Source of the DNA: an uncultured Gemmatimonadaceae bacterium
GTDB lineage: Bacteria > Gemmatimonadota > Gemmatimonadetes > Gemmatimonadales > Gemmatimonadaceae
Direction of reading: 5' to 3'
Assembly: GCA_963817955.1 (NCBI GenBank)
Contig: CAWFQK010000002.1
Span: 608,001 to 672,000 of the forward strand
DNA length: 64,000 nucleotides
Every line of letters starts with the position of its first letter. Position 1 is the stretch's first letter. The notes below the pieces were generated by a model. The model was given only the letters and a program-made list of their open reading frames with translations, searched no databases and was not told where the DNA came from. Both the position numbers and the translations under genes were made by a program. This document shows positions 19,836 through 27,911 of this stretch, piece after piece.

Positions 19836-20431
19836 CGTTGATGAATCCTCCCGTAAGGACGAGCCGCCCCCCAAGGGCGCGTCAGGTTTTGCTCAGAGCT
19901 GTACCATCGCGGCGAGGGGGGGCCGCGCGCAGCCGAGGCGCGTACAAGTCTTGGAGGGGAAAAAGTAGAGTCTCCCCCGAATGCCTCGTACGCCCCGCGA
20001 GCTTGTCGCTGCAAGGTGCACGCCGACGGTGGCGAATCAGTAGTGCCGGCTGGCGGCCAAGCCTCGATTGCCTCTCTCGCTGCGGCCCCGCTCATTTCAT
20101 ATAGAAGGGCGACTGCTGCGCCGACAGCAACGACTGGGAGCAGGGGTATTTCGCATGAGTGGGTCTCGATTTCGGCTACGTCGCGCCGACGCCACGCGCG
20201 GATTGTTGCGACAACGCATCACCCCGTAGCGCGAACACCGCCCAGCCTGTTGCGCTGATGCCACGAGCGCGCTGTTCGAAAAAACTAACGGTGCGCTCAT
20301 GTCGTTGTTGGAGAACGTCTTGTGCTCGTGCCCGCTCGGAAGCGTGGGAGTTGCCATGGAGGACTGCGAGAGCTGTCTCCACCTCACGACGACCGATCAG
20401 TCGGCCTGTCCTTTTCCACAAGGGGGGGCTC

Positions 20432-20929
20432 ATGAGCCCATACGCAGTTACCAGGTCCTCGCCGAGGGCGCACTCGCGCCCCCGACGTGACACCCGACCG
20501 ATCAACGCGTTGTTGCTCGCAACGTTCGCGCTGTTTGTGCTGTTGGTGCTTTCGGCTGCTTGTTCGCCAGACGCGAGCGCCTGGACGCCGCTTGGTCCAG
20601 GCATTTTGCTATCGACGGCAACCGCACAGCAGGTGTCGGAATTCATTCCGTCCCTGTCCGATGTGCAAACGCGGCTTCTCCCGACGCTCGGCGACCGCGC
20701 GAGCGCGACGCAACTGGGCACACAACTCTCCCAGATCGAAGTCACGCTCAATCGCGGCGACTCACAGGGCACGGAGCTGCAGATCGGTCTCGCGCGGGCA
20801 ACGCTCGCCGCCTATCCCGCAGCCGCGCGCGCGATGGATGCGGTGGAACTCAGCGTCATCGACATCGTGCTCGATCGCGCCGCGCAGTTGGTCGGACTCC
20901 CAGCACTCGCCAACCGTATCGGTGCCTGA
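20432..20929 (+). CDS. Putative lipoprotein, helical, unknown function
   Basis: AGGGGGG RBS before the ATG; basic N-region, hydrophobic stretch and LSAA-C lipobox. Confidence 0.6.
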   Translation: MSPYAVTRSSPRAHSRPRRDTRPINALLLATFALFVLLVLSAACSPDASAWTPLGPGILLSTATAQQVSEFIPSLSDVQTRLLPTLGDRASATQLGTQLSQIEVTLNRGDSQGTELQIGLARATLAAYPAAARAMDAVELSVIDIVLDRAAQLVGLPALANRIGA

Positions 20930-20977
20930 TGCCGAGCGAATCCAAATCTCAACATATTTCAGTTCACGAGTGATCAT

Positions 20978-22813
20978 ATGAGACGCAACGAATCCGGCCG
21001 TGAATCCAGTGGCTTACTCCTCCTACTCGCGGCGGGCGCAGTGGTTGCCCTTCCGGGTGTGGCGATTGCTCAAGCGGGCGGTCCCCAACCAGCGGCCAAC
21101 GCGACAACGGTAACGTCGGTAATGTACGCGTGCTATGTCCCAAGCACCGGAACGATTTACCGCATCAAGGAATCAGGGATTCCCGACGCGTGTCTGCGCA
21201 CGAGCCACATTGAGTTCAATTGGAATTCCCAGGGCGCAACCGGCCCAGCGGGCGCCGATGGTGCAAAGGGCGACGCTGGCCCGGCAGGCGTGGCGGGTGC
21301 AGCCGGCGCAGCAGGTCCTCAAGGGCCGAAGGGCGACAAGGGGGATATCGGACCAGCGGGCGCCACGGGCGCCACAGGTGCCACGGGTGTGGCTGGAGTA
21401 GCCGGCGCCACGGGTGCCACAGGCGCCGTCGGTCCCGCAGGGCCAATTGGCCCGCAGGGCCTCAAGGGCGACAAGGGTGATATCGGACCAGCCGGCGCCA
21501 CGGGCGCCACGGGCGCCGTCGGTCCCGCAGGGCCAATTGGTCCGCAGGGCCTCAAGGGCGACAAGGGTGATATCGGACCAGCCGGCGCCACGGGTGCCAC
21601 GGGCGCCGTCGGTCCCGCAGGGCCAATTGGTCCGCAGGGCCTCAAGGGCGACAAGGGGGATATCGGACCAGCGGGCGCCACGGGCGCCACCGGTGCGGCT
21701 GGAGTAGCCGGCGCCACAGGCGCCACGGGCGCCGTCGGTCCCGCAGGGCCAATTGGTCCGCAGGGCCTCAAGGGCGACAAGGGGGATATCGGACCAGCGG
21801 GCGCCACGGGCGCCACCGGTGCGGCTGGAGTAGCCGGCGCCACAGGCGCCACGGGCGCCGTCGGTCCCGTAGGGCCAATTGGTCCGCAAGGCCTCAAGGG
21901 CGACAAGGGTGATATCGGACCAGCGGGCGCCACGGGTGCCACGGGTGCCACGGGTGCCACGGGTGCGGCTGGAGTAGCCGGCGCCACGGGCGCCACAGGC
22001 GCCGTCGGTCCCGCAGGGCCAATTGGTCCGCAGGGCCTCAAGGGCGACAAGGGTGATATCGGACCAGCCGGCGCCACGGGTGCCACGGGCGCCGTCGGTC
22101 CCGCAGGGCCAATTGGTCCGCAGGGCCTCAAGGGCGACAAGGGTGATATCGGACCAGCCGGCGCCACGGGTGCCACGGGCGCCGTCGGTCCCGCAGGGCC
22201 AATTGGTCCGCAAGGCCTCAAGGGCGACAAGGGTGATATCGGACCAGCGGGCGCCACGGGTGCCACAGGTGCCACGGGTGTGGCTGGAGTAGCCGGCGCC
22301 ACGGGCGCCACAGGCGCCGTCGGTCCCGCAGGGCCAATTGGTCCGCAGGGCCTCAAGGGCGACAAGGGGGATATCGGACCAGCGGGCGCCACGGGCGCCA
22401 CCGGTGCGGCTGGAGTAGCCGGCGCCACAGGCGCCACGGGTGCCGTCGGTCCCGCAGGGCCAATTGGTCCGCAAGGCCTCAAGGGCGATGCCGGAGTCGC
22501 CGGCCCACAAGGGCTCAAGGGTGACACTGGTCCCACTGGTCCCACTGGCGCCACAGGTCCGCAGGGACCAGCTGGTATCAGCGGTTTCTTCACGGTCACT
22601 GGACCCCCGGGATCAGTCGACTCGAACAGCGGCAGTTCAACGGCCAGCTGCGGTACGAAGACCGCCATAGGCGGTGGATTTACCACCTCAGGGAGCACGG
22701 TCATCGTTACAAGTTCGGGCATTACCGGTACGGGCTGGACCGTCACCGCGAATACAACGAGCGGGTCGGGTACGGTGACTGCCTTCGCCATCTGCGCGAA
22801 CGTGCTTCCCTGA
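20978..22813 (+). CDS. Secreted collagen-like (Gly-X-Y) protein with Cys-pair globular domains at both ends
   Basis: Signal peptide; N-domain YACYVP...ACL...WN; ~150 uninterrupted Gly-X-Y triplets (aa 86-535); C-domain TASC..AIGGG...W...AFAICAN. Confidence 0.92.
   Translation: MRRNESGRESSGLLLLLAAGAVVALPGVAIAQAGGPQPAANATTVTSVMYACYVPSTGTIYRIKESGIPDACLRTSHIEFNWNSQGATGPAGADGAKGDAGPAGVAGAAGAAGPQGPKGDKGDIGPAGATGATGATGVAGVAGATGATGAVGPAGPIGPQGLKGDKGDIGPAGATGATGAVGPAGPIGPQGLKGDKGDIGPAGATGATGAVGPAGPIGPQGLKGDKGDIGPAGATGATGAAGVAGATGATGAVGPAGPIGPQGLKGDKGDIGPAGATGATGAAGVAGATGATGAVGPVGPIGPQGLKGDKGDIGPAGATGATGATGATGAAGVAGATGATGAVGPAGPIGPQGLKGDKGDIGPAGATGATGAVGPAGPIGPQGLKGDKGDIGPAGATGATGAVGPAGPIGPQGLKGDKGDIGPAGATGATGATGVAGVAGATGATGAVGPAGPIGPQGLKGDKGDIGPAGATGATGAAGVAGATGATGAVGPAGPIGPQGLKGDAGVAGPQGLKGDTGPTGPTGATGPQGPAGISGFFTVTGPPGSVDSNSGSSTASCGTKTAIGGGFTTSGSTVIVTSSGITGTGWTVTANTTSGSGTVTAFAICANVLP
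21233..22582 (+). repeat. Near-identical coding tandem repeat (collagen modules)
   Basis: CTCAAGGGCGA recurs at 21461, 21551, 21641, 21767, 21893, 22037, 22127, 22217, 22352 and 22478 (spacings 90, 90, 126, 126, 144, 90, 90, 135, 126). Confidence 0.95.
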
Positions 22814-22831
22814 CCTTTGGGCCTAGCACGA

Positions 22832-22876
22832 ACAAACCCGCCGGAGCGATGTCGCTCCGGCGGATTTGTGTTTTCT
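22832..22876 (+). terminator. Intrinsic terminator after the collagen-like gene
   Basis: ACAAACCCGCCGGAGCGA-TG-TCGCTCCGGCGGATTTGT followed by GTTTTCT. Confidence 0.8.
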
Positions 22877-22934
22877 GCCAACTGCACGCTGACGTCCCGC
22901 TACCTTCTCCGCACGACGTCTCTCAGCCCGACCA

Positions 22935-23276
22935 CTACTTCGCGCGCTTCCTCTTGCTCCCCGCCACGGCAATCGCCTTCTGCGCCCACGGCCGCAACGC
23001 TTCGGGATCCTCGAGCAGATCCTCAGGCACCTGATAGTACTGCATCGCCTCGCCGCCCTCGCCGAATGGCAGGAATGGCCCCATGCCGCGCGCTTCGAAA
23101 TCGGGCCGGTTCGTGTCGCTCACCTTGAAATACAGCGTGTCGTTCGCGATCAGCGCGAAGAACAGCTCACCAGAATAGATGCCGATGCCGCCGAACATGA
23201 CGCGTGAATGCACACTCGTCGCCACGCGGGTCAGCTGATCCAACACGAACGTGCGATACGTCGGACTTACCGGCAT
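22935..23276 (-). CDS. TfoX/Sxy N-terminal domain protein
   Basis: MFGGIGIY, FFALIANDTLYFK, YYQVPEDLLED. Confidence 0.88.
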   Translation of the reverse strand: MPVSPTYRTFVLDQLTRVATSVHSRVMFGGIGIYSGELFFALIANDTLYFKVSDTNRPDFEARGMGPFLPFGEGGEAMQYYQVPEDLLEDPEALRPWAQKAIAVAGSKRKRAK

Positions 23277-23284
23277 CTGTTTAC

Positions 23285-24340
23285 CTATCTCTGAATGTCG
23301 CGATAACTGGGGTACCCGGGCAGCGACGTTGCCTTCATCACTGCGCGCAGAATCGCCTCCGATACCGCCTCGGCGGCCAGCGCACCCACGGCGGCGACGT
23401 TTGCGTTCACCGCCGATACACCGGACGTCATGGCAAACAGCGTATCGCCATCGTACGGTGTATGCGCCGGGTTGATCGCCCGCGCCAGACCGTCATGAGC
23501 CATCTGCGCGATCTTCGTCATCTGCGTCTTGTCGAACTGTGCGTTCGTGGCGACGACACCGATCGTCGTGTTCTCGCCGGCGCTCCCCGGCTGCACCACG
23601 CCCGTGCCGGCGCGATAGCTGTCCATGATGTCGAGGAATCTCGCACCGTCAGCCGTGCGCGCTCCGGCCACGAGTTTGCCCGTCTTTGGGTCGATCACGT
23701 CGCCCACGCAATTCACGGCGACGATCGCAGCGACAACTACCCCGTTCGCCAATTTAATGCTTGCCGTACCGATGCCACCCTTCATCGGATTGCCGCCGTT
23801 CAACTTTCCGACTGTCGCGCCGGCGCCCGCACCTACGCTTCCCTCGACTACGGTCCCCGTCGTCGCGTTCGCACACGCCTGATAGCCCGATTCGGCCGTC
23901 GGTCGAATCTTGCCGGTGCCGACATTCAGATCGTAGAGGATCGCCGCGGGCACGATCGGCACGTTCCCCGCCGCTGTCGGATACCCGACGCCGCGTTCGT
24001 CCAGATAGCGCATCACGCCCGATGCGGCGTCCAGCCCGAACGCGCTCCCGCCGGCAAGAACGATGGCGTTCACCTTATCGACGAGATTCGTCGGCCGCAG
24101 GAGATCCGTCTCGCGGGTGCCAGGCGCCGAGCCGCGTACGTCCACGCCGGCCACAGCCCCCCGCTCGTAGAGAATCACCGTGCAACCCGTGGGGCGGCGC
24201 GTATCCGTGAAGTGGCCGACGCGAATCCCTGCGACGTCCGTGATGCCGCCGTCCGCGATCGCTGCGTCGGGCCACGCAGACGTGCGGCGGCTGGCGAGCG
24301 CGGAGACCGCCACCGCACCTACGAAGCTTCGGCGATTCAT
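23285..24340 (-). CDS. P1/S58 (DmpA/NylC-like) Ntn-hydrolase peptidase with Tat signal
   Basis: MNRRSFVG twin-arginine leader; ITDVAGIRVGH, APGTRETDLL, GGSAFGL, GAGAGA, ENTTIGVVATN, HTPYDGD. Confidence 0.88.
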   Translation of the reverse strand: MNRRSFVGAVAVSALASRRTSAWPDAAIADGGITDVAGIRVGHFTDTRRPTGCTVILYERGAVAGVDVRGSAPGTRETDLLRPTNLVDKVNAIVLAGGSAFGLDAASGVMRYLDERGVGYPTAAGNVPIVPAAILYDLNVGTGKIRPTAESGYQACANATTGTVVEGSVGAGAGATVGKLNGGNPMKGGIGTASIKLANGVVVAAIVAVNCVGDVIDPKTGKLVAGARTADGARFLDIMDSYRAGTGVVQPGSAGENTTIGVVATNAQFDKTQMTKIAQMAHDGLARAINPAHTPYDGDTLFAMTSGVSAVNANVAAVGALAAEAVSEAILRAVMKATSLPGYPSYRDIQR

Positions 24341-25689
24341 GGCAGTAGCATGAGGATGAATCCCGTCAGAATGCCCCACGGACCGGACTTCGTGATCGCC
24401 GTCACGGCGATGGCGATCACGATGCTAAATATCGCTCGCCTGGTAGTCGCACGTCGAGAGTAGAGCCCAATGACGAACGGTGCCGTCAGTGCGGTCGCCA
24501 TCAGTGTATAGAACACCTGCAGCGCCGCGATGATCGATGGCAACTGGACGGCCAGCAGCACCGCGAGCACGGCGCCAAGAACCGCAGTCACGCGCCCGAC
24601 CGTGAGAATCTGCCGGTCCGTCGCATCGGAATTCAGGAATGTCTTATAAAGATCGACGCTCAGCGAGCTCGAGAGCATGAACAGGATCGCATCGCTCGCA
24701 CTCACCTCGGCCGAGAACACCGCGGCCAGCGTCAACAGACCGAGCCAGGGCGGCATGAGCTTGGTCATGACCATGGGGAGCGCGAGCTCCCGGTTGGCCA
24801 GTGTCGGAAATTGCGAGTGTGCCACGACCCCCAGCACCACCGGAGCGAAAGCGAACACGAGCAGGCCGAGCGCGTTCCAGCTCACCCCAATCCGCACCGT
24901 CTTTGCGTCGCGCGCGCCGTACACCTTCTGCACCAATCCCGGCGAGATGACGAACGACGGGATGAGGATCGCCATGTACGTCAGGATGCCACTCGTGCCG
25001 AGCGGCGTCGTTTCGCGAAACGCCGGTTGGAGCGCCGTCCAGCCTCCCACCGCGACAATGCCGAACGGAACCGCGAGCGCGAATCCGACGAGCTTCACGG
25101 TGAGCTGGATCATGTTGACCCACGCCGACGACAGCAGGCCTCCCGCCACGAAATAGGCGGACACGACGAGACCACCGATCAGACAGCCCTTCCATTTCGC
25201 GAGACCGACGACGACCTCGAAGATCCACGAGATGGCAATGAGCTGCCCGGCGAGGATCATCAACGCCCCCACCCAGAGGAGCAGGGCGATGAGGCCGCGC
25301 ACCGAACGATCGTATCGCCAATCGAGAAAGTCGCCAACCGTCCGCCACCCGTGCTCCGAGGCGAGCGCCCAGATCTTCGGTCCAACGGTGTTAGCGAGTA
25401 TCAGCGACCCGATGCCGGCGCATCCGACCCACCACCACGCCGACCACCCGTGCAGATACCCGAGCCCCGTCGCCCCAACTGTCGATCCCGCGCCGATGTT
25501 CGCCGCAAGAAAGGTCGATGCAAGCAACCCCGGTCCTAGGCTGCGACCCGCGACGAGAAAATCGTCGGCTCGCTTCACGCGTCTGGCCATGATCAGCCCG
25601 ACAACGATGAAGAACGCCGAATAGACGATCAGAACGAGGAGCGCGACGTTCAAGGGTGGGTTGATTGCGGGATTCAGAGAAAGCGTCAT
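24337..25689 (-). CDS. Sodium:solute symporter family transporter
   Basis: DFLVAGRSLG, NIGAGSTVG, GGL.S.AWVNMIQ; about 12-13 TM helices. Confidence 0.9.
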   Translation of the reverse strand: MTLSLNPAINPPLNVALLVLIVYSAFFIVVGLIMARRVKRADDFLVAGRSLGPGLLASTFLAANIGAGSTVGATGLGYLHGWSAWWWVGCAGIGSLILANTVGPKIWALASEHGWRTVGDFLDWRYDRSVRGLIALLLWVGALMILAGQLIAISWIFEVVVGLAKWKGCLIGGLVVSAYFVAGGLLSSAWVNMIQLTVKLVGFALAVPFGIVAVGGWTALQPAFRETTPLGTSGILTYMAILIPSFVISPGLVQKVYGARDAKTVRIGVSWNALGLLVFAFAPVVLGVVAHSQFPTLANRELALPMVMTKLMPPWLGLLTLAAVFSAEVSASDAILFMLSSSLSVDLYKTFLNSDATDRQILTVGRVTAVLGAVLAVLLAVQLPSIIAALQVFYTLMATALTAPFVIGLYSRRATTRRAIFSIVIAIAVTAITKSGPWGILTGFILMLLP

Positions 25690-25725
25690 GCGCCAAGCGT
25701 TCGCGCTTGCGTTCCTGACCCAGCA

Positions 25726-26001
25726 CTACTCCGCCGACGGACGTGCGCGACGGCCGCGCGCCGGCGACACATCGATCATCAACGCGATGACGAGGCCGAC
25801 GATTGGCCACAGGCTCCATTGGCCATTCCACCAATGCTGCACGGCCGTGTACCAGAGTAGCGTAGCTGGAAGAAAGATGAAGCCGATGATCGGCCAGAGG
25901 GCGGAGTCGAAGACGCCCCTGAACCAGTTCGAGAAGAACCAGAGCAGGGCAACCGCCAAGCGCGGCATGGCCAGGGCGATCAATGCAATTAGACAGGGCA
26001 T
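25726..26001 (-). CDS. Small Trp-rich membrane protein
   Basis: MPCL..PRL...WPIIGFIFLPATLLWY; three hydrophobic segments; GGAG RBS. Confidence 0.7.
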   Translation of the reverse strand: MPCLIALIALAMPRLAVALLWFFSNWFRGVFDSALWPIIGFIFLPATLLWYTAVQHWWNGQWSLWPIVGLVIALMIDVSPARGRRARPSAE

Positions 26002-26072
26002 AGCAGTCTCCGAGTCGCGTTACTGGAGGATGCGCTCTCTCATATATAGCGGGGGTTCGGCTCAGAGGACGA

Positions 26073-27833
26073 TTGAATACGGTGACGATTGCTGAGCTGT
26101 CGCCATGGCCGTCGCCACTTGACGCTCGCACGCGCCGCGTCCAACGTGCGTACATGTCCGACGTCGCGCTCTCGTGGGTCATTGTCGACGGTGCGGCACG
26201 CCGCGTATCGGAATTCGCCCACATCCCGGTGCGTCGCCGTCCGCAGGCTCGCTGTCCGGAATGCGACCGGCCGCTCACGCTCAAACTCGGCGACGTACGT
26301 CGTCACCACGCGGCACACGCCCCGGACGTCATCTGTGCGGCGACACAGCCGGAAACCGCGCGTCACATTGCGGCCAAGTTCGGCCTGGCCGAACGTCTGC
26401 GCGACGCCGCGTCCCCTTCGGCCGTGCTTCGCATCGTACAACACTGCGCGGGAGGCGCAGCGAACTCGGATGCGTGCACGAAAGTGAATGAGGTCGATTG
26501 GCTCAACGGGTGGGACGAGGTGCAGGTCGAACGTCGTGTCAGTGAGACGCTGCGGCCTGACATCGTATTGCAACGAACTGGGTGCGACGTTGGCGCGATC
26601 GAGCTCCTTGTCACGCACGCCGTGCCAGCGGAGAAGATCGTTGCGCTCGCTGCCCTTGGCATTCCTTGGATAGAGGTCGACGCGCGCGACGACTTCGATG
26701 TAGCGGCATGGACGCCCACACAGTCGCTGGCAGTTCTTCGGGCGGGAAGCGAGGCGCCGTGGCGGTGCATGGCGCACGCGGCGGAATATCGCACGCACAC
26801 CGACGTTCGCATGCGCCAGCACGCCGAAGAACGCGAGGCCGGGCGCCATGGCGTGGTGCTGCGCGCCGCCCGAGTGGTGGACGTCTACCATGAGGACGGC
26901 GTGCGCGAACGTAACATCTACCGCGTCGAAGCGCTGTTCACCGACGGTCGCTTGCAGGGCACTCGACTGATGCGCGGCGGATTCGAGGTTGATTCCGTGC
27001 CGCTCACGTCCGATATCGAGTGGAGCGCGACGGGGTGGCCGCGTCTCCGCGACGCATACGCCGCCGATGTCACTCGGTGCTCCCGCGGCGGTCGATCGCT
27101 CGTCGACAGTCCTATGCGGTGGGCGCGCGGCGATGCCGCGGAGAACATCGTGCACGAAGCGGTGTTCGATCGGGTGGGTCTCGACCCGACACCGTTGGCG
27201 ACACGCTTTCCACGCCGCTGGTTCTTCGTTCGAGCGCGCGGCGAATGGTTCTTGCCTCCCGATATGCGCGGCGTGCGCTGGGACCGTCCAGACCCCGATG
27301 CATTCGCCGCGCACCCTGCCTGGTCACGCGCACGCGCGGCCGTACGCGAGCGGCCGGCGCCGCAAGGAAGCTGGGATACTCCGGTGTTTGCCAGCCGGCC
27401 AATCGCCGCGATGTTCGTCGAATGCGTCAGCGCGGTAACGCGCCCAGGTGATGCAGGCGGGCGAACCGGGGGCGGCACCCCGATCGCGGTGATCGACATC
27501 GCATGCACGGATGCCCAGCGGCGCTGCGCGCTCGTCGTCATCGAGCGGCGCGCCGAGGACACGGAGATCTCGTCGATCACCGCGGCATTGTCGCGCGACG
27601 ATTGTGAGCAGCTATGGATCTCCCACCCACAGGATTGGTCGCATGCGCTCACCGACCTTGCGTGGGCGCCAGCTGGTCGGGACGCCCGCGGCCGCGGTGG
27701 CGTCGTGGTGGACGGCGTGGGTGTTTTTGGCGCCGATCAGTTCATTCGGGCCCTGGCGAAAGGGGACCGGCGGCTGCGAACGGAAGCGATCCAGGCGCAG
27801 ATGGCCGACCGGGTGTCGCGCTTGAGGAAGTAA
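26073..27833 (+). CDS. CoiA-like protein: Zn-ribbon plus PD-(D/E)xK-type nuclease domain and unknown C-terminal region (start uncertain)
   Basis: CPEC...HHAAH....C...PETARHIAAK, then VQVE...LRPDIVL...AIELLVTH...K.......GIPWIEV. Confidence 0.65.
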   Translation: MNTVTIAELSPWPSPLDARTRRVQRAYMSDVALSWVIVDGAARRVSEFAHIPVRRRPQARCPECDRPLTLKLGDVRRHHAAHAPDVICAATQPETARHIAAKFGLAERLRDAASPSAVLRIVQHCAGGAANSDACTKVNEVDWLNGWDEVQVERRVSETLRPDIVLQRTGCDVGAIELLVTHAVPAEKIVALAALGIPWIEVDARDDFDVAAWTPTQSLAVLRAGSEAPWRCMAHAAEYRTHTDVRMRQHAEEREAGRHGVVLRAARVVDVYHEDGVRERNIYRVEALFTDGRLQGTRLMRGGFEVDSVPLTSDIEWSATGWPRLRDAYAADVTRCSRGGRSLVDSPMRWARGDAAENIVHEAVFDRVGLDPTPLATRFPRRWFFVRARGEWFLPPDMRGVRWDRPDPDAFAAHPAWSRARAAVRERPAPQGSWDTPVFASRPIAAMFVECVSAVTRPGDAGGRTGGGTPIAVIDIACTDAQRRCALVVIERRAEDTEISSITAALSRDDCEQLWISHPQDWSHALTDLAWAPAGRDARGRGGVVVDGVGVFGADQFIRALAKGDRRLRTEAIQAQMADRVSRLRK

Positions 27834-27911
27834 TTACGGGGACAGCCTGTCGACACACGCTAATTTGGTGTGACCCGCTCCGCTTCCACCCCATCAGCCA
27901 CTCGTGAACCT

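Noticed and set aside
19836..20431. Riboswitch (e.g. c-di-GMP) in the cyc2/lipoprotein spacer, and the ORF extension from 20159
   Set aside because: Only a short AGTAGTGC word resembles a known aptamer and the other conserved elements are missing. The RBS supports ATG 20432. An Rfam search would be decisive.
21233..22582. Regularly spaced repeats resembling a CRISPR array
   Set aside because: The intervening sequences are themselves repeats, all in frame as Gly-X-Y. No unique spacers and no cas genes.
21173..22887. Long repetitive minus-strand ORFs (445 aa and 522 aa)
   Set aside because: They are the antisense of the collagen repeats; the plus frame has the signal peptide, end domains and terminator.
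10461..27833. A competence locus formed by pilT, the TfoX-N gene and the CoiA-like gene
   Set aside because: The genes are 3-12 kb apart in unrelated transcription units, with no pilin, comEA or comEC genes; stand-alone TfoX-N proteins are widespread.
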